From Nannocystales bacterium (GTDB lineage: Bacteria; Myxococcota_A; Polyangia; Nannocystales; Nannocystaceae): 64,000 nt of DNA. Numbering within the stretch: position 1 is the first letter of the stretch; each line of letters begins with the position of its first letter. A program made the position numbers and the translations under genes. Shown one piece after another: positions 49,580 to 59,472 of the stretch. The notes under the pieces are model-generated. The model searched no databases, was not told where the DNA came from, and worked only from the letters and a program-made list of their open reading frames with translations. The stretch covers positions 1 through 64,000 of the forward strand of contig JBOEGF010000015.1 in the NCBI GenBank assembly GCA_050633305.1. The letters are read 5' to 3'.

Positions 49580-50860
49580 TCACAGCGTCGCGGCAAGCTT
49601 CGACCATCCCGCACGCATGGAGGCGTTCTTCGGGTACGCCCTGTACAGCGCAACGGCGGCCGACATCTTGGCCACCGTTTCGGCGAGCGGCATCGTGAGC
49701 GCGGCACCACTGTGTGCGAGGCCACGGGGGAGACGGGCGAGCAGAGCAGCGCTGGGTCGAGGAAGCACCTGGCTCAGACCCGCGGCCGCGGACGCTTCGT
49801 CCAACAAGCCCGTACGCATCAGCGTCTGAAGCTGGTCCAAGGAGAGCTGTTGCGAGAACCTGCGAAACAGGTCGTAGGCGGCGAACAGCCCGCCTTGCGC
49901 CCTCATCCAACGCACGGCGTAGTCGTCGGGGCCTCCGCCGTCGACCAAGGCATCGGCGAGCATGCGTGCGGCGAGCATTCCGGGGCCAATGCCCGAGCCG
50001 TGCGCCGCGAAGACCTGCCCAGCACAGTCACCAAGCCGAGCGACGCGCCCCTCCGCGAGAATGGGCTGAGGAGCGCCGAGTGGGATCGGCCGGTATCCGC
50101 CAAAGACGAACTCCCCCACCCACGGATGCTCGGCGACAAAGTCCGAGATCAACCGCTTGCCCGATGCGTGCCCCTCGGCGGGAATCGAGCCCGCCAAGAT
50201 TCCCACTTCGCCGTGCGCAACCCTGACGTTGAGGATCGAGTACCCGCCCGCGACGCCACTGAAACAAAGCGTCTCGTCTTCGCCAACCTCGTGCGCGTCG
50301 AGAAAAGCTTGCGCTGCGCCCGGGTCGGAGACTCGATGCACGGACTGTGCTGCGGCGCAGACGTCGGTGGGTCTGACCGGGCGGGACGGCAACGCCGACA
50401 CGCCGCGGATCCCAGCAGCGTCAGCGATGGAGTCCGCCACGACGACACCTTCGGAGGTGTAGACCGCGGTGCCGAGGATGCCCCTCACACGAACGCCGCC
50501 CACGAGCGTCGCTCCGGCCTCGGTCGCTCGTCGCTGCAAGCGCTCGACGAGCCTTCGCATGTCGACCTCGAGTACGCCGTGGTTGCGAATGGTGAGCCGC
50601 TCGGGCCCCTGACCCGCGAACAAGTGGAACGGATTGTCGAGACCTCGAAGTTCAGCGCCTTGCGGAGCCTCGACCCCCGCCGCTTCGAAGTCGCCTCGAC
50701 CGACACCGTTGACCCAGTGTGCCCCTGAACCCCGGAGCGGCTTGCGATCGAGACACAAGACCCGCATGCCACGACGGGCAGCGTTCCCGGCCAGCGCCGC
50801 ACCGGCGGACCCTGCTCCAACCACGCAGAGATCGACTCTCGAGGGTAGTGCTTGTTTCAC
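49580..50860 (-). CDS. FAD-dependent oxidoreductase (geranylgeranyl reductase/lycopene cyclase-like)
   Basis: VVGAGSAG dinucleotide motif; GDCAGQ...GSGIG; GGAGG RBS before GTG 50860. Confidence 0.8.
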   Translation of the reverse strand: MKQALPSRVDLCVVGAGSAGAALAGNAARRGMRVLCLDRKPLRGSGAHWVNGVGRGDFEAAGVEAPQGAELRGLDNPFHLFAGQGPERLTIRNHGVLEVDMRRLVERLQRRATEAGATLVGGVRVRGILGTAVYTSEGVVVADSIADAAGIRGVSALPSRPVRPTDVCAAAQSVHRVSDPGAAQAFLDAHEVGEDETLCFSGVAGGYSILNVRVAHGEVGILAGSIPAEGHASGKRLISDFVAEHPWVGEFVFGGYRPIPLGAPQPILAEGRVARLGDCAGQVFAAHGSGIGPGMLAARMLADALVDGGGPDDYAVRWMRAQGGLFAAYDLFRRFSQQLSLDQLQTLMRTGLLDEASAAAGLSQVLPRPSAALLARLPRGLAHSGAALTMPLAETVAKMSAAVALYRAYPKNASMRAGWSKLAATL

Positions 50861-51276
50861 GCTGCGCTTGTCCTCCCCATCGCACGGATACCGGCGACCC
50901 GGAAGGGCCCGCCGACGGACAAGATGTATATCAACGCGCCGGCCGTGCGGCGGGCTTCCCAACCCGGCACCCACAACGACAGCAGCGACGGAACGCGCTT
51001 TCGACAGGCGTCATCCGCGCTACGCAAGACGACGTACCTCCCACGAGCCCATGATCATGTTCGGTACGATGCAGTGGCACGCGGGTCACTCGCGAACCGC
51101 AATGCGGAGGCCGAGGAGCCAGGCCCGCTGAGACCTTCAACGATGACGCCCACGCCGGAAACAACCGGCAGGACGTTGTGCAGCGCATCACCACGCTTGC
51201 GGCGCGCGGGAAAATACGGAGTCCTTCCAATTGTCCCGAGTCGAGTGCCGCGGGATACTCGTCGCAGGGCTTGGCT

Positions 51277-52737
51277 GTGCGGTTGCAAAGGAACACGTGT
51301 CTTCTCGCGATGAGTGCCCTCGGGTTGCTCTCCACCTCACGGGCCCAGGCCCAACCGCATGCGCCCGCGCTGGTCTGCGACACGTATCCGACCATGCCCG
51401 CGTGCGCGGGCTCGACTCCGGATTGCACGCTCTGTCACCAAAGCGCGGGGGAGGCTCCGCGGAACGGGTTCGGTGACCAAATCGAGGCCGCGGGATGGCC
51501 CGGCGATGGCACGGTCTCCATGCAGGAGTTCACCGACGGGCTCGCCGATGCGCTGTTCGCCGTCGAAGATCTCGACGCGGACGAGGACGACTACGCCAAC
51601 TACGAAGAACTCCTCGCGGGCTCCGACCCCGCCGACGCGGACGACATCCCCGGCGGCGCCACCTGCGAAGACACGACAGGCAGCGAAGACTGGCAGTACG
51701 ACGTGTGCAACCCGGATGCGGCCTACACCCTGCGCAAGGTGATGCTCGACGTCTGCGGCCACAGCCCCACCCTCGCCGAGCTCGAGGCTGTCACCACGGA
51801 TGCGGACCCCAGGGTTCGCATCCACGAGGCGCTCGACACCTGCCTCGACACAGAGTTCTGGCGAGGTCGAGGCGGGGTGCTTTGGCAGCTGGCCCACCGC
51901 AAGATCACCCCGCTGCCCGCGATCAAGAGTGGCGCCGGTGAGGGCGGTGTCCCGCTGGCCGACTACGACGACGACTACAACCTGTTCGTCTGGGCCCAGA
52001 CGGATGGACGCGACGCCCGAGACCTGCTGCTTGCGCAGTACGTCGTCGGGCGCAACGACGGAAACACGACCGAGTACTTTGTCATGACCGAGGCCGAGCA
52101 GTTCAGCCGAGGTGCCGAAGTTCGGGTTTTTGCGCCGATCGAGCTTCGAGCCGGCATGGTCACCTCGCGATGGTTTTTCGTGATGAACACGATGTTCACT
52201 GCCATCCCACGAACAACCGCCGCCCAGGCGTATCGGTCCTACTTGGGCACCGACATCGCCAAGCTCGAGGGTTTGGTCGAGCCCCCGGGCTCCGAGACCC
52301 TGGTGGACTACGACGACAAAGGCGTCACCGATGCCACGTGTGCGGGCTGCCACCGCACGCTCGATCCGCTCTCCTATCCCTTCTCGCGCTACAACGGTAT
52401 CGGCGGCGCCGGAGGATCGGGCGACTACGACGCGAACCGGTTGGCTTCATTCGCCGACAGCACCCAGCCGAATGTCGACACCACTCCGGAAGCGGGATGG
52501 ATCCTCGGCGAGCCGGTGGCAAACCTCGTCGAGTGGGCGGAAGTCGCGGCCAACAGTGATGAGTTCGCAAGCGCGACCGTGATGGACTACTGGGTTCAGC
52601 TCGTCGGCGAGCGACCCAGCGCTCTCGAGACGGAGGCCTTCGTCACCCTGGGCGAGGACTTCGCCAGCGTTCACAACCACGACGTCGAAGCCATGTTGCA
52701 CGACCTCATCGATACGGAGGCCTATAGTGTCCCTTGA
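51277..52737 (+). CDS. Exported di-haem c-type protein (DUF1585/DUF1588-like module member)
   Basis: Signal peptide ending AQA; CTLCH and CAGCH; DADEDDY.N.EEL..GSDP Ca-binding-like repeat; start uncertain (51271-51310). Confidence 0.75.
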   Translation: MRLQRNTCLLAMSALGLLSTSRAQAQPHAPALVCDTYPTMPACAGSTPDCTLCHQSAGEAPRNGFGDQIEAAGWPGDGTVSMQEFTDGLADALFAVEDLDADEDDYANYEELLAGSDPADADDIPGGATCEDTTGSEDWQYDVCNPDAAYTLRKVMLDVCGHSPTLAELEAVTTDADPRVRIHEALDTCLDTEFWRGRGGVLWQLAHRKITPLPAIKSGAGEGGVPLADYDDDYNLFVWAQTDGRDARDLLLAQYVVGRNDGNTTEYFVMTEAEQFSRGAEVRVFAPIELRAGMVTSRWFFVMNTMFTAIPRTTAAQAYRSYLGTDIAKLEGLVEPPGSETLVDYDDKGVTDATCAGCHRTLDPLSYPFSRYNGIGGAGGSGDYDANRLASFADSTQPNVDTTPEAGWILGEPVANLVEWAEVAANSDEFASATVMDYWVQLVGERPSALETEAFVTLGEDFASVHNHDVEAMLHDLIDTEAYSVP

Positions 52738-53446
52738 TCACCGCGCACTTTTGTTGGGTCTGACCTCCGCCTGTCTCTTGGCATGCGGTGGTGGAGGCTC
52801 GAGCTCGAGCAGCAGCTCCGGTTCGACCGGCGGCACCGACACGCAAACATCCGGACCGACAACGGGCCCCTCAGGGACTGAGGGCGAGACAGAGGACTCC
52901 GTCGACGAGTCCGGCGGGCCACAACCGGGCGACCAGGCCCCTTCAGCTCGGCCCCGCGTCAAGTTCAAGACAGCCGAGCGCTACGCCTCCGACCTCTCGA
53001 ACGCGCTGTCGCTACCCCGCGAAGCGCTGTGTTCCGAACTCGATGCCTTCGACTGCGTCAACGTCCACCGTATCGCGCTTGGCGAGGTCGACGCCTTTGG
53101 TCTGCGGCTGTTCGAACCGCTGGAGACCATGCCGATCACCGCACCGATCGCCGTGGACCGCATCGCCCTGTCGGCCTGCGGGGAGCGGGCGGCCCAGGAC
53201 TTCTCCGATTCGGGCAACGCCGCTTCGTTCCAGGAAGTCGCAGGCGGAGATGCTTCGGACGCCTCCGGCCGCGACGCGGTCGTGGAACGCTTGTACCGAC
53301 AGCTGCTCCTTCGCGAGGCCACCGAGGCCGAGACCGACGCGGTGAGTTCCATGTATGCGGATCTCCCCGAAAGCGATCGCGCCCAAACCTGGGCTCAGAT
53401 GGCGTGCTTCGTCATCGCAACTTCCACCGAGGCGTTGTTCTACTAA
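52727..53446 (+). CDS. Lipoprotein with DUF1595-like helical domain
   Basis: LLA-C lipobox; VERLYRQLLLREATEAE; overlaps both neighbours. Confidence 0.75.
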   Translation: MSLDHRALLLGLTSACLLACGGGGSSSSSSSGSTGGTDTQTSGPTTGPSGTEGETEDSVDESGGPQPGDQAPSARPRVKFKTAERYASDLSNALSLPREALCSELDAFDCVNVHRIALGEVDAFGLRLFEPLETMPITAPIAVDRIALSACGERAAQDFSDSGNAASFQEVAGGDASDASGRDAVVERLYRQLLLREATEAETDAVSSMYADLPESDRAQTWAQMACFVIATSTEALFY

Positions 53447-54957
53447 TGTCACACTCCAAGATCACCAGGCGTCGTGCATTGCAGGGCCTCACCGCGGGAG
53501 CGGCGGGGGGGTTTGCGGGGCTGTCCGGGATTCGCCCCGGACGTGCAGGAGGCTCGCAAGATCCTCGGTTCCTCATCGTCATGTGCGCCTCAGGCGGGGC
53601 GTCGATCATCGACGGTCCGCTTGCCATCAGCACGACCGAGGCTGGGGTCGCCGCACCCACGCTCAACTGCTTTCCAGACTTCGTCATGGGGGACTTCGAT
53701 CCTTCGATCCCCTTCTCGGCCGTCGACGCTTCGCTCGGCTCGGTCGGGCCGATTCCAGTCCCGTTCACCACCGGCCAGGCGCAGTTCGTCAACGCGCACC
53801 ACGACGACATGCTCGTCTCGACGCTGACCACCACCAGCGTCAACCATCAGGTCGCACAGGCGCGCGCTGTGACGGGTAACGGGGCGTGGCGAGGCCGCAC
53901 CATTCAGGAGGCGGTGGCCAACCAATATGGCGCAGCCTTCCCCCTGCCCAACGTCCATCTCACAACGGGCACCGACTTCACCCAACGCGGTGGCGACGAG
54001 TCTTTGCCCGCGTGGGCCTACGGTGAGCAGGTTGCCAACCCGGCGCTGTGGCCCCTCGCGCTGGACGGCTCGCGCGGCACCTCGCACCCGGTCGACCCGG
54101 CCGTGCTCGCCACAGCGCGAACGCTCCGCAACGATGTCCTCGACGTAAACTCCCGCTTCAACCAGGCGTTCGCGGGAAGTAACGGCGTCCGGACCTGGAC
54201 AGGACTGCGGGGCTCCAACCAAGCCTCGATCGAACAAGCGTCTCTCATCGACCAGCTCTTGTTCGTGCCCGACGAGGCTCCGTACAACCTCAGCGCACGT
54301 GGGCTGCAGCCCTCGCCCGACGCCGCCCTCGTACGAAACGCGTTCCCCAACTACGACTGGGACCCCCTCCATGCCCAGGCTGCGCTCGCATTCTTGCTGA
54401 TCAAGAACCGCGTCAGCGTCACTGTCACCATCGGGCCGAGCTTCGACCTCGTGCTCGAGGACGGCACCTCCCTCGGCGGCGGCGGCTTGCCCGAGGGCTC
54501 GATGGCCAACCCTCCGATCGCCTTCGACTTTTCACACCAGGCCCACCGCGCCACACAAGCGTTCATGTGGAGCCGCCTGTACGAGGTCGCCAACGGGCTG
54601 ATCACCTTGTTGCAGGGCGAGGAGTGGGAGGGCGGACAGAGCCTTTGGGACCGGACCATGATCCATGTGGCGACCGACTTCGGCCGCTCAAAAAACCGGG
54701 TCGCGAATGCCGGCGAGTTCGGCACCGGGCACGACCTCAACAATGGCCTCCTGACCATCTCGCCGATGGTGGCAGGCAACACCGTGCTCGGTGGGCGCGA
54801 CCCTTCCACCGGGATGACGTATGGGTTCGACCCCGGAACCGGAACGCCGGACACGGGACGGAACATGACCGAGGAGGAGATCTTCGGAGGCCTGCTCGGC
54901 GTGCTCGGCGTCGACACGGACGGCGAGACCGACTCGGTCCCCGCGATGGAAGCCTGA
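53446..54957 (+). CDS. Tat-exported DUF1501-like protein
   Basis: TAATG coupling; ITRRRALQG twin-Arg signal; FDFSH..H, TDFGRS, GTGH motifs. Confidence 0.78.
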   Translation: MSHSKITRRRALQGLTAGAAGGFAGLSGIRPGRAGGSQDPRFLIVMCASGGASIIDGPLAISTTEAGVAAPTLNCFPDFVMGDFDPSIPFSAVDASLGSVGPIPVPFTTGQAQFVNAHHDDMLVSTLTTTSVNHQVAQARAVTGNGAWRGRTIQEAVANQYGAAFPLPNVHLTTGTDFTQRGGDESLPAWAYGEQVANPALWPLALDGSRGTSHPVDPAVLATARTLRNDVLDVNSRFNQAFAGSNGVRTWTGLRGSNQASIEQASLIDQLLFVPDEAPYNLSARGLQPSPDAALVRNAFPNYDWDPLHAQAALAFLLIKNRVSVTVTIGPSFDLVLEDGTSLGGGGLPEGSMANPPIAFDFSHQAHRATQAFMWSRLYEVANGLITLLQGEEWEGGQSLWDRTMIHVATDFGRSKNRVANAGEFGTGHDLNNGLLTISPMVAGNTVLGGRDPSTGMTYGFDPGTGTPDTGRNMTEEEIFGGLLGVLGVDTDGETDSVPAMEA

Positions 54958-55119
54958 GCGCCACGCCATCAGGCCTCGGCTCGGTCCTCTCCCGCTGCGG
55001 CGACGAGGACATGAGACGGAGGCCCTGCTGCGGTCCTCCGCGACCTCCATGCTGCTCCAGGGGCTGAACCGGCCCCCGCGCTACGCATCCGGAGGCAACC
55101 ATGAAACCATTGGGTCCGC

Positions 55120-57867
55120 GTGGATTCGACGACCATCGTGACCGGCGGTCGCCCGGCTACGGACGCACCCACTCCCCCGCCCGACCAAGTGGGGCGCTAC
55201 GAGTTGGGGCGGCTCCTGGGTGCGGGAGCCATGGGTTCGGTCTATCTCGGCTACGACCCCCAACTCGACCGAGAGGTCGCGATCAAGCTGCTGCACTCGG
55301 GGGACACCCAACAACGACTGTTGAGAGAGGCGAGAGCGGCAGCCCGAATCCGTCATCCCAACGTGGTCCGGATCTTCGACGTCGGCGAGTTCGAACGGGA
55401 GCCGGGCCAGCCAGGCGTGTTCATGGTGATGGACTTCGTCCCGGGGCGGGACATGGTGGCGTGGCTCGCCGACACCCCAAAGCCCGCGGCGATTGTCGAG
55501 ATGTTCGTGCAGGCTGGAAAGGGGTTGGCTGCCGCCCATGAGGCCGGCGTCCTGCACCGCGACTTCAAGGCCTCGAACGTCTTGATCGACGAAGGGGGAC
55601 GCGCGCTGGTCCTGGACTTCGGGCTCGCGCGCGGCCTCTCGGCCAAAGCTGTCGAGGTCGAGCCCGACTCGACATCACGGGATGAGGGCCTGCCGATCGA
55701 CTTCGATCTCACCGCGGTGGGCGCTGTCGTCGGAACACCGCGTTACATGTCACCCGAACAGCACAGCGGAAAGCCGCTCGACGGTCGCTCCGACCAATAC
55801 AGCTTCTGCGTCGCGCTGTGCGCCGCTCTGGGGCACTACCCCTTCGCGGATAGCGAGGCTCGAGCGATGCTCCTCGACAAACTCGAGGGCAACATCGATC
55901 TGTCCGAAGTCCCGCTGTCAGCTCGGGCGCGTAAGGCCGTGGCGCGTGGACTCTCTTCGAGCCCGCAGGACCGATGGCCGCAGATGTCGGATCTGCTCCA
56001 CGCGATGACAGTGCGCCCGATCTCCCACGTTCTTGTGCCCGGGCTCGCCGCACTCGCCCTCGGTGTCGGAGCGACCGCGGCCACGATGAGCCCGGGTGCC
56101 GCGACAGCCTGCGACGAGGAGGCGTTGCTGAGTGCGGACCACTGGAACGACGAAACTCGCGCAGCGATCCTGGCGGCTGAGACGACCCCGCGAGACACGA
56201 CCGCCGAGTTCGTCCACACCCAGCTCGACCGCGCAGCGACGAGGCTCGATGATGCCCTGCGAAGCTTGTGCCGAGCCGAAGCGTCTGGCGCGTTGTCCTC
56301 GGCCGAGGTTTCCCGACGGCAAGCGTGCCTTGAAGGCCAAGCCCTCCAACTGGGATCGGTCGTCTCCAGGCTCACCGACCCCAGTTCCGATGCTCGGCAC
56401 ACCGCAGACATCCTCAGCCTGCTTCCGCCGGTCCGAAGCTGCGAGGATGCCTCGGCCACAGACTCCAAGCCCCTCCGCGAGCGCCTGTTCACGCTGAGGA
56501 TCCAGATCGCCGAGCACGACTTCGACACTGCAGCCGCACAGCTCCCGAGCGTGCTGCACGACGCCCGCGCGACGGAAAACGACGGGCTTGTCGCAGAGGT
56601 TCTGCTCGTCGCTTCGATGCTCCACCAACGCCGCCACGATCTGGATGCGCTGATGGAGACCAGCACCGAGGCGTTGATGCTGGCGGAACGCAGCGGACGC
56701 GAGGAGGTTGCCGTCGATGCTCTGCTCGCTCGCGCCGAAGCCCTGGGCAGTGGCCGCACCGAGCAACTTGCCGAAGCACGGCGAGCGATCGAACTCGCGC
56801 TCGCCAAGGTTCAGCGCAGGGACGGCAGTGCCGCCAACCGCCTCAGCCGAGTGCAGTACCAGGACGCGATCCTGTGCGAGCGCGAGCTTTCGGAGCGCCT
56901 ACCCCGTGCAACACCGGAGGTCTGCCTGGACGCGGCGAGGGCCGCGGTCAGCTCGAGCGAGGACGGCCCGCTTCCCGATCGCGCCCGGGCGCTCAACATC
57001 GGCGCCAACCTTGCCGCCCGCGCAGGAGAGCTCGAAGAGGCGAAGGTGATGATCGACGCATCCATGAACGCCCGCGTCGAGCTGTCCGGCGAGAACCACC
57101 CTTCGCTGATCGTCGGGCTTCGGGTACGCGCCCGGGTGGCCGCGGCGAGCGATGACTTGCAGGCGGCCCGGACAGACCTCGAGCGCGCCTTGCAGATCAC
57201 GGCGACCGACCCGGAAGCACTCGCCCAGACGGCCGCGTTCCTCAACGTCGAGCTCGGCGGGACCTTGAAGTCTCAAGGCGACTTCGCAGGTGCGCTCGAG
57301 CGCTACGCTCGCGCCATTCCCGAGCTTCCGCCCCGCTTCGCCGTGCCCGTGCATACCAACATCGGGTTCATGAAGTTCCTCCTCGGCGACTACGAGCAAG
57401 CCCTCACTGCCGTGGACGAGACTCTCGCCCTCGAGAAGACCGCCTCGCCTCGCGCTCCCAGGGTCCGGGCCGAGATGTTCACCTTGCAAGCCGACATTCT
57501 CTTGCGAATGGGCCGAACGGTTGACGCCCTGGAGGCTGCGCGGCGGGGGCACGCGCTGGTCGATGGCGACGCAAACGCCCGAGGTGACCTGCGAGCACAG
57601 GCGCTCATCGTTCTGGCCTCGGCCCAACGCCGGACGGGGGACAAAGCGAGCGCACAGGTTTCCCTTCGCGAGGCCACCGCCGTGCTCGACAGCCTCCCGG
57701 TCGACCGTGTCGACTCCCGAGCGCGTGCCTGGATGGAGGAGGGACTGTTGCTGGACGATCGGAAGCGCTTGGAACAAGCAGCTGCCGCTCTGTCCAGGGA
57801 CCCGGCCAATGCGAGGATCCGCGCTGACCTCGAGACTGCGCTCGCATCCGCTACCATCACTCGATGA
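55120..57867 (+). CDS. Ser/Thr protein kinase with TM helix and TPR sensor region
   Basis: GAGAMG, VAIK, HRDFKASNV, DFG, GTPRYMSPEQ; TPRs (LSGENHPS, GDFAGALERY). Confidence 0.93.
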   Translation: MDSTTIVTGGRPATDAPTPPPDQVGRYELGRLLGAGAMGSVYLGYDPQLDREVAIKLLHSGDTQQRLLREARAAARIRHPNVVRIFDVGEFEREPGQPGVFMVMDFVPGRDMVAWLADTPKPAAIVEMFVQAGKGLAAAHEAGVLHRDFKASNVLIDEGGRALVLDFGLARGLSAKAVEVEPDSTSRDEGLPIDFDLTAVGAVVGTPRYMSPEQHSGKPLDGRSDQYSFCVALCAALGHYPFADSEARAMLLDKLEGNIDLSEVPLSARARKAVARGLSSSPQDRWPQMSDLLHAMTVRPISHVLVPGLAALALGVGATAATMSPGAATACDEEALLSADHWNDETRAAILAAETTPRDTTAEFVHTQLDRAATRLDDALRSLCRAEASGALSSAEVSRRQACLEGQALQLGSVVSRLTDPSSDARHTADILSLLPPVRSCEDASATDSKPLRERLFTLRIQIAEHDFDTAAAQLPSVLHDARATENDGLVAEVLLVASMLHQRRHDLDALMETSTEALMLAERSGREEVAVDALLARAEALGSGRTEQLAEARRAIELALAKVQRRDGSAANRLSRVQYQDAILCERELSERLPRATPEVCLDAARAAVSSSEDGPLPDRARALNIGANLAARAGELEEAKVMIDASMNARVELSGENHPSLIVGLRVRARVAAASDDLQAARTDLERALQITATDPEALAQTAAFLNVELGGTLKSQGDFAGALERYARAIPELPPRFAVPVHTNIGFMKFLLGDYEQALTAVDETLALEKTASPRAPRVRAEMFTLQADILLRMGRTVDALEAARRGHALVDGDANARGDLRAQALIVLASAQRRTGDKASAQVSLREATAVLDSLPVDRVDSRARAWMEEGLLLDDRKRLEQAAAALSRDPANARIRADLETALASATITR

Positions 57868-58478
57868 CGTCGGACGCCACGACGCGACACGGCCCTCGCG
57901 CAGAGCTTGGGGAGACGCGCCCGGTGCTCCTCATCACCCGTGGGCCTGGTCGCGGACGCACGCATGTTCTCGAGCCCCACGCCGTCGTCCTTCTGGGCAA
58001 GTCCGATGCCGCAGACCTGCACCTCCCCTACAGTGGCGTATCCCGGCAACACGCCCGCGTCACCTTCGTGCCTGGGTCTGGCCTCCGAGTGGAAGACCTC
58101 GGCTCAACCAACGGGACCTTCATCGAAACCCGCCGTGTGGCGGAGGGCGGCGTCTTCGTCGAGGCTGGCGCTCGGCTCGTCCTCGGTTCGGAGACAGAGG
58201 TGGTGCTTCGTGTCTATCGACCGGAGGAACTCCAGAGACTCGAGGCTGCACTGACGGCTGCCGACAACCTCGCCCAACTCAGCGAACGCGAGCGGGAGGT
58301 CGCCTATGCCGTGGCTGACGGATTGACATCCGCCGCCGTCGCAAAACGCCTATTCATCAGCCCACGAACCGTCACGACCCACCTCGACCGAATCTACGCG
58401 CGGCTCGACCTTCCCAGCCGCGCAGCGCTGACCCGGCTCGTGATCGAAGCGCGCGCCGTGATGCCCGATCAGCTTTGA
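57864..58478 (+). CDS. FHA-domain + LuxR-type HTH transcriptional regulator
   Basis: FHA: LGKS...VSRQHA...VEDLGSTNGTF; LuxR: LSEREREVA...GLTSAAVAKRLFISPRTVTTHL; ATGA overlap with the kinase. Confidence 0.92.
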   Translation: MTSDATTRHGPRAELGETRPVLLITRGPGRGRTHVLEPHAVVLLGKSDAADLHLPYSGVSRQHARVTFVPGSGLRVEDLGSTNGTFIETRRVAEGGVFVEAGARLVLGSETEVVLRVYRPEELQRLEAALTAADNLAQLSEREREVAYAVADGLTSAAVAKRLFISPRTVTTHLDRIYARLDLPSRAALTRLVIEARAVMPDQL

Positions 58479-58630
58479 CCGCACTGAGCGGCCCTGCACG
58501 GGACGGACGAGGCATGCGCGGCTGTCCGGTCGCTGAATCCGGTTATGTGACGTACGTCGTGGCGGCCGCACGCTGTGGCTGGTCACCGGGCGACGACCGT
58601 CCGGCAATCCGAGTTACTCTCGGATTCACG

Positions 58631-59449
58631 ATGGTTCGCGTTCAAGCTCTTCTGGGAATGGCGCTCGCAAGCACCGCGTGCACGTCACCTCCGGAAGCTC
58701 GGGGACGGGACCCCCAACCGACCCGAAGCACCGAAACTCCCCCGAGCCCCATTGACGTGGATCTCCGGTTCGCCAGGGTGGCGGAGCGAGACGAGTCCGT
58801 GGAGGACCTTCTGGAATTTGTCGCCATTGATCTCCGGAGTCAGAAGAATCTCGATGGCATCGAGGTGACGATGCAACCGGGGACCACGGAGGAAGGTCGA
58901 GTGCTTCGCGGGCCCAGCCAGAGCGCGCTGTCCGGATACCTGCAATCCGTCCTCGCCCGGAAGCCTGAGCTCGAGCCGCGCTCGAACCTGCAGCTCGCGT
59001 GGGGCCGGGTTGTCGGGCGAACGAGAGACGGACTCGCGACCACAACGGTCCGCGCGTACTGGTTAGAGCAAGAGTCTCAACTCGAGATCGCGCGGGTCCT
59101 TGATGCCGCGGTCAAGCAGGACGAGTTCACGGGACTGGACACCTTCGTCCTGACCCTGGAAGACCACGACAAGCAGGCCTTTGGTCAGCTCACGACGGAT
59201 GCACTCGACCACATGATCGCCGTCGTCGTTGGCGGTGAAGTCATCTCAGCGCCGATCGTTCGCGATCCCATACCCGGCGGCGTCGTCCATGTCACCATGG
59301 GTGCCGCCATGTCTGCCCAGGGTCCTGGCTCTGCGGAAGCTTTTGGCCGAAGCCTGCTCGGTGACGAGTGGGTCCGCGTGCAGGCGGTGAAGCGCGAGGA
59401 CAGCATCGGCGGCCTGCGCTGGGTTTGGGACGAGTGGGGCTCGCCCTAG
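58631..59449 (+). CDS. Lipoprotein with stand-alone SecDF P1-head-like domain
   Basis: STA-C lipobox; FGQLT...IAVVVGGEVISAPIVRDPIPGG. Confidence 0.7.
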   Translation: MVRVQALLGMALASTACTSPPEARGRDPQPTRSTETPPSPIDVDLRFARVAERDESVEDLLEFVAIDLRSQKNLDGIEVTMQPGTTEEGRVLRGPSQSALSGYLQSVLARKPELEPRSNLQLAWGRVVGRTRDGLATTTVRAYWLEQESQLEIARVLDAAVKQDEFTGLDTFVLTLEDHDKQAFGQLTTDALDHMIAVVVGGEVISAPIVRDPIPGGVVHVTMGAAMSAQGPGSAEAFGRSLLGDEWVRVQAVKREDSIGGLRWVWDEWGSP

Positions 59450-59472
59450 CGAGAGCCAGGAGGCGGCGTCGC

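Noticed and set aside
51021..51036. TACG-N8-CGTA as a LuxR box
   Set aside because: 4-bp arms arise easily by chance; I found no second clear copy.
51271..51287. Sigma54-like TTGGC-N7-TTGCA
   Set aside because: Correct spacing, but it lacks the AC after TGGC and probably lies within signal-peptide codons.
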